Both the position numbers and the translations under genes were made by a program. A DNA stretch of 64,000 nt from an uncultured archaeon (GTDB taxonomy: Archaea; Thermoplasmatota; Penumbrarchaeia; JASLWR01): positions 88,513 through 152,512 of the forward strand of contig CAYFHS010000005.1 in the NCBI GenBank assembly GCA_964342815.1. Direction: 5' to 3'. Numbering within the stretch: the first letter of the stretch is position 1; each line of letters starts with the position of its first letter. Below are positions 10,254-18,993 of this stretch, piece by piece. The notes beneath the pieces were generated by a model, which saw nothing but the letters and a program-made list of their open reading frames with translations, was not told the DNA's origin and did no database searches.

Positions 10254-10601
10254 TTGGATATAAACCCGGAAACTGAAAAACAACTAGCCGAATTCGAACA
10301 TTTGAGAGCACAATACCAGTCCATTGTCACCCATCTGATGCAGTTCAAACAGGTGTTCAGGGAGACCGAGAGAGCCATTGAAGAGATGGAGACGCTTAAA
10401 TCGGACGCCAAGGTGTTCAAGGAGGTGGGTTCGTTGTTGATTGAGGTGGATGATCGATCGAAATTGAAAGAGGAACTCAACGAGAAAAAGGAGACCATGG
10501 AGATCCGACTTAAATCGCTTCAATCACAGGAGACCGAGCTTAAAGAACACTTGACGAAAATGCAGGCCGACCTGGAAAGCGCCCTGAAAAAAGAGAATTG
10601 A
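10254..10601 (+). CDS. pfdB: Prefoldin beta subunit
   Basis: Coiled coil with VFKEVGSLLIEV hairpin; TTG start. Confidence 0.93.
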   Translation: MDINPETEKQLAEFEHLRAQYQSIVTHLMQFKQVFRETERAIEEMETLKSDAKVFKEVGSLLIEVDDRSKLKEELNEKKETMEIRLKSLQSQETELKEHLTKMQADLESALKKEN

Positions 10602-10602
10602 T

Positions 10603-11580
10603 ATGATCTCACCGGACCATATAAAGAAATTCGACGGGATTCTGACGCATCTCGAAACCGACCGCAAGATCTTCATTCTGCACCCGCAAGCGGACGGAGA
10701 TGCAATAGCCAGCGGATTTGTTTTTACAAAATCCTTTGGAGGCCGTTGTTTTATTCCGGATACGATATCCTCAACGGGTAAGATGGTGTGCCGATATCTG
10801 AGTTATGAGCCTGAAATCCTGAGTAAAGATTCTCTTAAGGAGGCCAACCAGGTCTTTCTTCTTGACTTCTCTAATCCCTCTAGGATCGGTCCTCTGGCAG
10901 AGCTCATCGAAAAACCCATCATAATCGACCATCACAGCCCGGAGTCAGGGATAAGGACGGCTCATTTATTTTCTTTTCCAGATCGAAGCTCCACGGCCGA
11001 GATAGCGTTTGAGATAGTTGAACATTCAGGGAAGACCTTGGACACTTTATCGCTTAAGGCGGTCCTGCTGGGTATCTTGACCGATTCTGGCCATTTTCGT
11101 TACGCAAATGTCCGGACAATGGAGAACACGGGAAAAATAATGAAACTCTTGGGGGGCAGCCTCGAAGAGGTCATGGACGCTCTTGAAAGCTCCGAGAATC
11201 CGGGAAAGAACATCGCTCGACTCAAGGCTTCTCAAAGGATGAGGTATCACAGGGTTGGGGATTTCATTGTCGCTGAGAGCCATATCTCCTGTTTCGAGAG
11301 CAGCTGCTGCCAGGCATTCCTCCACGCCGGAGCGGATGTCGCCATGGTCGCCTCCGGTGAAAAGGGAGAATTCAGGATAACCGGAAGGGCAAAGGAGAAG
11401 CTTGTAAGAGCGGGCCTGGACCTGGGGAAGTTCTTTTCAACACTGTCGGAAGTTCTGCCCGGAGAGGGCGGAGGTCACAGTGGAGCCGCCAGTTTTAACG
11501 GCAGAGGCAATTTCACAAAAGCTTTGAGGATCGCGGTGGGAAGATTGGAAGAGGAACTAGTGAAGCTCGGAGAAAAGTGA
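10603..11580 (+). CDS. DHH/DHHA1 family phosphoesterase
   Basis: HPQADGDA, IIDHH, GILTDSGHF and GGGHSGAA motifs; conserved neighbour of pfdB in Euryarchaeota. Confidence 0.9.
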   Translation: MISPDHIKKFDGILTHLETDRKIFILHPQADGDAIASGFVFTKSFGGRCFIPDTISSTGKMVCRYLSYEPEILSKDSLKEANQVFLLDFSNPSRIGPLAELIEKPIIIDHHSPESGIRTAHLFSFPDRSSTAEIAFEIVEHSGKTLDTLSLKAVLLGILTDSGHFRYANVRTMENTGKIMKLLGGSLEEVMDALESSENPGKNIARLKASQRMRYHRVGDFIVAESHISCFESSCCQAFLHAGADVAMVASGEKGEFRITGRAKEKLVRAGLDLGKFFSTLSEVLPGEGGGHSGAASFNGRGNFTKALRIAVGRLEEELVKLGEK

Positions 11581-11596
11581 ATTCCCATTGTTTTTA

Positions 11597-12754
11597 TCAT
11601 ACTTTTCCATCATGTGATTTCAAAGGACCGCTCTTTTTTTCCTTTTTATTTGAAAGTACAAAGAAAAGCGTTATCAGTCCCACGAAAAACACGAAAAGCG
11701 TAATCTGAACAGGCAAGCTGACATATTTTTTTATTGCGTCAACCATATATGCGATGGCCAGGCAGCCGACAAATGCACCGATGGCCACGGACATCAATAC
11801 CTTCCAGGGTTTCAGACCCATTAGTCGTCCCACTATGGAGGCGGTCAGACCTCCGCTGCCCTGGAAGGGTATCATCACCAGTAATATAATGAAGATCACG
11901 GCGATACTCCTGAGCCTGGGATATTTTTCAAGCATAGCGCGGGATTTTAATTCTATCGCATTGATCAAACGGCCTGCCCTTTTCCACTTCTTCATCAGGT
12001 CGATATTGTTCACGATGAACCACGCGAGGAGGCTGTCCATGATTGCCAGGTTTACCGCTATCAGGTACTGCCCGTAGCCGTGAAATGAAGGTGCGGTGCT
12101 AATGAGTACGGTTTTGTCCCCGGTCACAAATGGGATCATGTACAGACCGCTGGACGCGAGCAGACGGTTTGCCATGGAATGGGGCAGACTGGCATAATAT
12201 ATCATGAACACCGCAAAAGCGGCCAAAAAGGGTCCGAAGAAGTTAAGCAGTACCCAGAGATATTCCCATCGATCCGCCGCTCTATCCGCCACGATCTTTC
12301 GGTCCACCACCTTTTCCACGGCCTTGGGGGGTTCGATAATGATCTTTTTTCCGGTAACGGCGGTTTTTATCGCTGCTTCCTTACCAATCTGAGCAGATGT
12401 TATTACAGCATCTTTCCCGATCACGGCGGTCTTAACCACGGCATCTTTCCCGATCACAGCGGTCTTGACCACGGCATCTTTCCCGATCTCGGCAGTCTTA
12501 ACCACGGCATCTTTCCCGATCACAGCGGTCTTAACGACAGCATCTTTCCCGATCTCGGCAGTTTTAACGACGACATCCTTCCCGATCTCGGCAGTCTTTA
12601 TTACCACTTCTTTCGATCTTTCCTTCACCGTTCCCAGTGCATACCCAGTGGAGATAGGGAAATCGATTATCTTTTCCGTGTCCGATCTTTCGGCATATCT
12701 CCCCTTCCTTTCCATACCACAGATATCGTTTTTCTCCTGGTTCATTTTCATCAT
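11597..12754 (-). CDS. Small multi-drug export-like membrane protein with an N-terminal 11-residue repeat region
   Basis: C-terminal IPFQGSGGLTASIVGRLMG membrane domain; N-terminal (KTAxIGKDAVV)n. Confidence 0.78.
   Translation of the reverse strand: MMKMNQEKNDICGMERKGRYAERSDTEKIIDFPISTGYALGTVKERSKEVVIKTAEIGKDVVVKTAEIGKDAVVKTAVIGKDAVVKTAEIGKDAVVKTAVIGKDAVVKTAVIGKDAVITSAQIGKEAAIKTAVTGKKIIIEPPKAVEKVVDRKIVADRAADRWEYLWVLLNFFGPFLAAFAVFMIYYASLPHSMANRLLASSGLYMIPFVTGDKTVLISTAPSFHGYGQYLIAVNLAIMDSLLAWFIVNNIDLMKKWKRAGRLINAIELKSRAMLEKYPRLRSIAVIFIILLVMIPFQGSGGLTASIVGRLMGLKPWKVLMSVAIGAFVGCLAIAYMVDAIKKYVSLPVQITLFVFFVGLITLFFVLSNKKEKKSGPLKSHDGKV
12408..12605. repeat. Intragenic 33-bp tandem repeat, about 6 copies
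   Basis: GCATCTTTCCCGATC recurs at 12408, 12441, 12474, 12507 and 12540, with a variant at 12573. Confidence 0.92.
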
Positions 12755-12786
12755 CCCGGAAAAAAAACAATCAATTTAGTAATAAA

Positions 12787-14037
12787 TCAGTTATTGACCC
12801 TGTAACGCAGTATCCCGGCCACTCCACCAAACGCCCTCATGAGCATATCCCCCTCTTCGCTGGCCGAAGATATGATCTCAACATCGGTTCCCATGCTTTC
12901 CGCCATGGCGGTCATCTCTTCCACCAGATCCCTCTTTTCGGAGATGATCATATCGTTTTTGCATTCGGGACAGGCTTTTTTCGCCTCCCTGTCCTTATCG
13001 TCGATGATCTCTAATGAGGTTCCGTCGCTCTCGCATTTGTAGACAATTATGTCCTTTCGAATCCCCTCGCTGATGAGAAGGGTATCAAGCGCTCCAACGG
13101 TAATTGCATTTCTTACGGGGTCTATGCCGTAAGTGGATAGTCCTCCGTGTTCCTTTCGAATCTCCTTGAAGAAGTTCTCCATCAAGCGTTTTTCCCGAAA
13201 GAGTTCGATCTTCTCTATTGTCTTAGCGGCATTCCCGGCAAGCTCCTTGAGACCAAAATCGTTGGTATAACCGGTATCGAAGGTATCGATGACGATTTTC
13301 CGTAATTCGTGATGAATAAAATCCTTGCTGATGAAATAGTTTTTTGTTGAACCCGGCCCTCCCACGAGTATTCCTTTCAGACCATCCAGTTCCAGAAAAG
13401 CCTGGTTGACCCGCTCCCCCACCTTCTGGTAGAAATCGTGGGCGGCGATCTCGATCAACCGCTCGAACCTCTGGGCCGACTGTCCTCCCTTGCCGTGTTT
13501 GCTGGGCACTCTCGAGGGTAAGTTGTGGATGCATTCGATCTGTTTTCCGCTGATGAGTCCGATGGTAGCCTCGCTTCGGTCTATGACTATGAGGCCGTAA
13601 AGGTCCTCGCTGCCCAGCATGTTCTCCAGCTGCTCAAGGTAGAAATCGCTGTCGCATCGGTAGAGAAATGTTGTAATGGGAATTGGAGGCTCGATACAGT
13701 TCTGGGTCATATGCGTCTGGTTAGCCCCAACGTCATGATGTCCAACGAAGAAGACCAGACCGTTCTCCGGAACCTCTTTCCACATCTTCAGCCTGGACAA
13801 GATAGATTCGATTGCTCCGGTGACGTTCTTTCGGGTGGACTTCGATTTGATATTCGAAGATTCCGAAAACTCATTACGGAGATACGAGCTGACGTCTTCC
13901 AGTCTCTTGGTTGGCGGTATATACAATGATATCAGCTGGGTACCTCGGCCCTTGAACTTCCTGATCTCTTCGAGAAACAGTTTCAGGCGGTACCGTTCCT
14001 TAGCATCCAGGCTCTTCAGTTTTGACATCACTTTCAC
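12787..14037 (-). CDS. prf1: Peptide chain release factor aRF1
   Basis: NIKS, YRCDSDF and HGKGGQSAQRFER motifs. Confidence 0.97.
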   Translation of the reverse strand: MKVMSKLKSLDAKERYRLKLFLEEIRKFKGRGTQLISLYIPPTKRLEDVSSYLRNEFSESSNIKSKSTRKNVTGAIESILSRLKMWKEVPENGLVFFVGHHDVGANQTHMTQNCIEPPIPITTFLYRCDSDFYLEQLENMLGSEDLYGLIVIDRSEATIGLISGKQIECIHNLPSRVPSKHGKGGQSAQRFERLIEIAAHDFYQKVGERVNQAFLELDGLKGILVGGPGSTKNYFISKDFIHHELRKIVIDTFDTGYTNDFGLKELAGNAAKTIEKIELFREKRLMENFFKEIRKEHGGLSTYGIDPVRNAITVGALDTLLISEGIRKDIIVYKCESDGTSLEIIDDKDREAKKACPECKNDMIISEKRDLVEEMTAMAESMGTDVEIISSASEEGDMLMRAFGGVAGILRYRVNN

Positions 14038-14140
14038 CGTAACGGGAACAGTTCACTTAATCAGAGGAATGATATTAACATTTTATCGTTCTATAAATCA
14101 GATTGGGAGATTGAAAAACCGATGCGACTATAAATAATAA

Positions 14141-14174
14141 AGAGGGCTTGCGAGCTCCAGCAAACGCAAGCCCG
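14141..14174. repeat. Palindromic hairpin element, copy A (REP-like or terminator-like)
   Basis: AGAGGGCTTGCG-agctccagcaaa-CGCAAGCCCG has a perfect 9-bp stem; near-identical motif at 35670-35701. Confidence 0.7.
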
Positions 14175-14211
14175 GGCTAAAAATATATATCAAACTATAT
14201 GGAAACAGAAA

Positions 14212-14260
14212 GGAAGGCTTGCCTTCCAGGTCGGTAGGAGCCGACCGTTATTTATACGGT
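14212..14260. terminator. Cluster of short GC-rich hairpins downstream of the PKD gene; possible terminator on the minus strand
   Basis: GGAAGG-cttg-CCTTCC (14212-14227), GGTCGG-taggag-CCGACC (14229-14246) and ACCGT...ACGGT (14244-14260). On the minus strand the GGAAGG hairpin is followed by TTTCTGTTT. Confidence 0.4.
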
Positions 14261-14319
14261 CCGTTTGCACATGGGCATCTATGAAGAAACCGGTTATCAT
14301 GTCAAAGATAGCTATAAAA

Positions 14320-17300
14320 TTAATCATCCTTTTTGTTTTTTCCTTCTTCTTCAGGCTCCCCACTAACATCCGTTGACGGTTTCACCCTCCCGATTTCGTC
14401 GACATCTTCTTCCGATTTCGAGATTATTTTCTCATCCCCAAGCTCTAGACCATTGGCTGATGCATTCCCTTTCCGTTTCTTTAAGATCAGAACGATAACA
14501 AACCCAACCATGAGAGAAAAAATGGAGGCGACAAGAACCTTTCCCCACGTGGGTAAACTATCTTCTTTACCCGAAGTCTCTTCGTCTATTATGGGATTAT
14601 TCCCTACGACAATATCAAAATTGGCATTCTCATTATATCCCACGTTCCCTTCTGCATCGTATACAGTCAGAGACACCTTGTAGGTACCCAATTCGTCGAA
14701 AAGATAATTTACTTCTTCGCCATACAGTTTAAAAGTTCCGTGTTCGGAGCTGATGGTCCAGGTCCAGTTTACTATGTCAGAATTATCGGTACTCTCGCTT
14801 CCGTCAAGATAGATCATTCCCCTTTTATATACTTTGTATCGATTAGCTGAGCTAACGGGAGTCGGTGATGTCGTATCTTTAATAGTGACAGTTGTAAAGT
14901 CCGTTGCTGTTTTTCCCTCAATATCGGTAACGGTAAGTTCAACCTGATATATTCCGATCTTGTCGAATGTGAAATTTACTATCATTCCCGAAAGGGTTCT
15001 TAGTATATTGGAGTGTTCGAAGGTCCATTCATAGCCGGTTATACGAGAGACATCCGTTGAAAATGAGCCATTCAGTATGATTTTGGTTCCTGCCTCCGCG
15101 GTCTGGTTCTCCCCTGCATTGGCTATTAACTTTGGTATATAATTGACAGTTATCATTTGAACGTCCGTGTCCAAGTTACCGGCCGCATCGAATGCGTTTA
15201 ATGTAACATTGAATATTCCGTCCATATCGAAAGGGAATGATACAATCTTCCCGTAGAGTTTCACAATCCTATTCTCATAAGTGAACATCCACGTATAGTT
15301 TACAATTCCTATATTGTCACTGCAAAGGGAACCGTTGAAGATGAAACTTTTGTACTGCTCAATGATTTCATCGGTTCCTGCATTGACAACTGGAATCTCG
15401 TGATCGTAGACTTCCAAACTGATATTGTTTGTGCGATTTGTATTGTTGGAAATGTCTGTTGCCTCAAAATAGAATTCTATCGATATGGCATTTGATGGCA
15501 GAGGGATGATAATGCGCCATGAAGCTCCCGTATTGTTCAATACCGGCCAGTTATAATGAGTTCTGTTATTTATCGAGAAATCGAATCTTACAGAGTCCAA
15601 ACCGGGTTTCTCGGTGATGTTTACGGAAAATAGAGCAGATCGCCCGGTTTTTAATATACTATTCCAGGGTGTTCCGAATATCGGATTGTCATTGTCCGTT
15701 ACGGGTCTGTTCCTTATGGTGCTCGTAAAGGAAAGATTCGACGTGTCAAGGATATGTATCGAAAAGAATAGATCCGTCAAACAATGATCGAGAATGATAG
15801 AGCCAACCCATAAACCTCTCGATCTATTAAGTGAAAGATTGTTTTTTAACTCTCCATGACTCCAATTTACGTGAACAGAGGCAACTTCAACGTTATCCGA
15901 AGCCTTGATTTTAAATTGGAAAATGTCACCCGTCGTACCCACTGGTGTGGTATCGACATCACCTAAAACGGGTTTATCGTTGTCGGAGACGGGAACGACA
16001 TAGGGGCCGGTGATATTGGAATTACCTGCAATATCGTCGATTTGCAGATAATAGGTAAGATCATCGAGACTGTCGTCCAACGTTATCGTGCGGTTCCACT
16101 TATTGTTTTCGTTATCGTTTAATTTTACATTTCCGTCTAAATCTCCATGAGTCCAGCTAATATTTATACTTGAAACAAAGATATTGTCGGATGCTTTTAT
16201 ATCAAAGTTGTATTCATCACCGGTCGTGCCTCTCTCGGGGCTAATATCCTCTAATAGAATCGGTTCTACATTATCAATAATCGCATATTTTAAATCCTTT
16301 TCTGTTTCATCATAATAACTTACATGGGGATTATCATTTGCATCTAAGGCCATAGAGGGGAGTTCTAAATTATTCCTCAAGTCCACAATATCACGTTGCC
16401 ATTGAATGCCATCGTAATATGCATATTTAACGTTGCCCTCCATATATCCACCATCCCCATAACTAACATGGGGGTTATTGTTGGTGTCCAATGCAAAACA
16501 TATATCCCCCCCATCAACACCCACGCTTTCCGTATGCCATCCACTATCGTTACGATATGCATATTTTAGGTTCCCCGCGGAGTAAATTATATGTGGGTTA
16601 TTGAAAGTATCGAGAACTAGAGAAGGGGATCCACCGCTATCATCCAGAATTTCGGTAATCCAATTAACTCCATCAAAAAAAGTATAAGTTAATCGGGCTA
16701 TTGACCTATTATAATAAATAAGATGCGGATTGTCAAGAGAATCTAATGCTATCGATGAAATAGAATTATAATGTATAGGTGCTATTGTCTCATTATACCA
16801 CTGGCCACCATCAAGAAATGCGTATTTGAGATTCCCATCAAAACCGTCCACATCTTCATAATAACAAGCATGAGGGTTGTTATCGGAATCTAAAACCATT
16901 GAAGGATGATCAATTCCTACCTCAGAGTTGGATACGGTCTCTTTATACCATTGACCCATATTCAAATGTGCATATTTTAATACGCCACTATCAGCATAAA
17001 TTATATGTGGGTTATTATTTGAGCCAATTTCTAGGCATGACCATTGCTTAAAACCTCCCATAGAATCTACGGTTTCATTATTCCATTTTAATCCATCGTA
17101 ATATGCATATTTTAGCTTAAAATTAGATCTTTCATAATAACTGATATGTGGAAAATTCATTGTATCAATAGCAATCGAACTGTAATCACCTACTATCCCA
17201 TCAGAATAAACTGTTTGAATATACCAGTTGTTGCTTCTTGTAAAACTAGAAACAGGATTATTCCCTTCTATCGAACTTATGCTGGCAGCATCTCCCTCAG

Positions 17301-17400
17301 AAACAAAGTCATTATTCCAAATAAGAATTGGTCCGTTGCAGATATTGAACAAGAAAAAGCCAACAGCGAGAATTCCTACAAGAAACTTGGCTCTGATCAT
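14320..17400 (-). CDS. Surface protein: signal peptide, beta-propeller repeats (IxLDxxxNPHIxYY), Ig-like and PKD domains, C-terminal TM
   Basis: Repeated LDSxxNPHxxYY units; PKD signatures (NYTWMF, YEWTF, Y.VxLTVxDxxG); TM VLVASIFSLMVGFVIVLIL followed by KKRK. Confidence 0.85.
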   Translation of the reverse strand: MIRAKFLVGILAVGFFLFNICNGPILIWNNDFVSEGDAASISSIEGNNPVSSFTRSNNWYIQTVYSDGIVGDYSSIAIDTMNFPHISYYERSNFKLKYAYYDGLKWNNETVDSMGGFKQWSCLEIGSNNNPHIIYADSGVLKYAHLNMGQWYKETVSNSEVGIDHPSMVLDSDNNPHACYYEDVDGFDGNLKYAFLDGGQWYNETIAPIHYNSISSIALDSLDNPHLIYYNRSIARLTYTFFDGVNWITEILDDSGGSPSLVLDTFNNPHIIYSAGNLKYAYRNDSGWHTESVGVDGGDICFALDTNNNPHVSYGDGGYMEGNVKYAYYDGIQWQRDIVDLRNNLELPSMALDANDNPHVSYYDETEKDLKYAIIDNVEPILLEDISPERGTTGDEYNFDIKASDNIFVSSINISWTHGDLDGNVKLNDNENNKWNRTITLDDSLDDLTYYLQIDDIAGNSNITGPYVVPVSDNDKPVLGDVDTTPVGTTGDIFQFKIKASDNVEVASVHVNWSHGELKNNLSLNRSRGLWVGSIILDHCLTDLFFSIHILDTSNLSFTSTIRNRPVTDNDNPIFGTPWNSILKTGRSALFSVNITEKPGLDSVRFDFSINNRTHYNWPVLNNTGASWRIIIPLPSNAISIEFYFEATDISNNTNRTNNISLEVYDHEIPVVNAGTDEIIEQYKSFIFNGSLCSDNIGIVNYTWMFTYENRIVKLYGKIVSFPFDMDGIFNVTLNAFDAAGNLDTDVQMITVNYIPKLIANAGENQTAEAGTKIILNGSFSTDVSRITGYEWTFEHSNILRTLSGMIVNFTFDKIGIYQVELTVTDIEGKTATDFTTVTIKDTTSPTPVSSANRYKVYKRGMIYLDGSESTDNSDIVNWTWTISSEHGTFKLYGEEVNYLFDELGTYKVSLTVYDAEGNVGYNENANFDIVVGNNPIIDEETSGKEDSLPTWGKVLVASIFSLMVGFVIVLILKKRKGNASANGLELGDEKIISKSEEDVDEIGRVKPSTDVSGEPEEEGKNKKDD

Positions 17401-17527
17401 CTGGTTCCCCCGATCATTAGATTATCACTTTACTATGGAATCTCCATTATTTAACGTTTGTCACTTTCTTCCCGTTACTGTGAGGATGCAATATCCAATA
17501 GATAATGGGGTGAATTTCCGGGGTCAC

Positions 17528-18754
17528 TCATTTCATCCATCGGTCAAGAGTCGAATCGCACCATCCATTAAGCTTTATAAAAGGGCGGGCCCGATTGACC
17601 ACAGCTCCCAGGGAACGCAGTTGTTCCCGCTTTATGATTTTTTCCCGTTTTCTCATAATTACTATGCGGGATGCGCTCTTCGGGCCGATTCCGGGTATGC
17701 GTACCAATTCCCGGTAACTAGCGTGATTTGGGTCTATGGGTGAATCAAAAGTCTCTCGGGCTATTGTGGTTTTTGGGTCGGTATTGGCGAGATAACCTTC
17801 GTCACCGAATGCATGGCCGATCTCCTTTTCATCAAGATTGTAAATTCTGTAAAGCCAGTCCATCTGGTACAGGCGGTGCTCCCGCCACAGGGGCTGAGCT
17901 TCCCTCTTTTCATAAGCGGTCCCGCCTATGGGATGAAAAGACGAGTAGTATACCCTTCGCATGTCCAGTTTTTTATATTCATACCGAATGCTGTCGAATA
18001 TCTCACGGTCTGACTCATCTGTACCGCCCACGATCAGCTGGGTTGTCTGGCCGCCGGGCAGGTTTCGATATTTCAGGATATTTTTTATGTAGCGCTGTCG
18101 TGATATAATATCGTTTTTGTAATCTTTGGTGGGACAAATCTCATCCATATATATGGGTGAAGTCGTCTCTATGTTTATCGATAAGCGGTCCGCCGGTTCC
18201 GCGGCTTGCTTTATATGATCAAGTGAAGTGCCGGGCAGGACCTTCAGATGAATATATCCCCTGAAATTATACTTATTCCGGAGCAAATTCGCGCTCTCGA
18301 TCATCTTCTCCATAATAACTTCCTGGTCACGGCCTGCCCCCGAGCTTAAAAACAGTCCCTCGATATATTTTTCCCGATAAAGCTTCATGGTGGTCCGCGC
18401 CAGTTCCCCGGGTGTATATGATATTTTCTTTGATCTATTCGTGCAGTTGGAGGCATTTGTACAGTAGTTGCATTGGTGATGGCAGGAATTGGTAAACAGA
18501 GTTTTGAAAAGCGATACACGTCGGCCGTTTTGGCCCCATGCATGATACACACATGCTTTGGATATCTCGTCTTTTTGGTCGATTGGATCTTTACCCGAAA
18601 ATGTGTATTTCGAGCTGAATCTATCGCGTTTGATACCATATCCCAGTCTCTTTGCCTTCCCGATATCCACTTGCGGCTCAAAGAACGAATTTTCTCCGAG
18701 AGTATCGAATTTACTCTGTGACGCGAGATGGGTGATCTTTTCGAGGGATACCAT
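17528..18754 (-). CDS. Putative DNA modification/repair radical SAM protein (TIGR03916-like) with C-terminal helix-hairpin-helix
   Basis: CxxxCxxC motif CHHQCNYC; LFKTLFTN; GLFLSSG; GYIHLKVLPG; REHRLYQMDWL; HhH motif LVRIPGIGPKSA. Confidence 0.9.
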   Translation of the reverse strand: MVSLEKITHLASQSKFDTLGENSFFEPQVDIGKAKRLGYGIKRDRFSSKYTFSGKDPIDQKDEISKACVYHAWGQNGRRVSLFKTLFTNSCHHQCNYCTNASNCTNRSKKISYTPGELARTTMKLYREKYIEGLFLSSGAGRDQEVIMEKMIESANLLRNKYNFRGYIHLKVLPGTSLDHIKQAAEPADRLSINIETTSPIYMDEICPTKDYKNDIISRQRYIKNILKYRNLPGGQTTQLIVGGTDESDREIFDSIRYEYKKLDMRRVYYSSFHPIGGTAYEKREAQPLWREHRLYQMDWLYRIYNLDEKEIGHAFGDEGYLANTDPKTTIARETFDSPIDPNHASYRELVRIPGIGPKSASRIVIMRKREKIIKREQLRSLGAVVNRARPFIKLNGWCDSTLDRWMK

Positions 18755-18993
18755 GATTGGGTCAGAAGAATATCGTTATTTAATATTCCTTGGAGGGCGG
18801 GTGAATGTAAAGGTTTTTTTGTCGACTAGCAGGGTGATTTAAAGTATACTTTTAGTTAACTTAATACTTGAATAAATATTAACCGAATAAATTGAGAATT
18901 TGCCTATTCGAAAAATGTCTATGGCAAATAACAATTAAGATGAAACGTAATAGCTGTGGAGGAGGTCCAAACATGTTCGGTCGATATTATATA

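Noticed and set aside
14263-14271. GTTTGCACA shared with 24312-24320 as a third copy of the 24/26-kb element
   Set aside because: The other conserved blocks are missing, and a 9-mer match between short regions is expected by chance.
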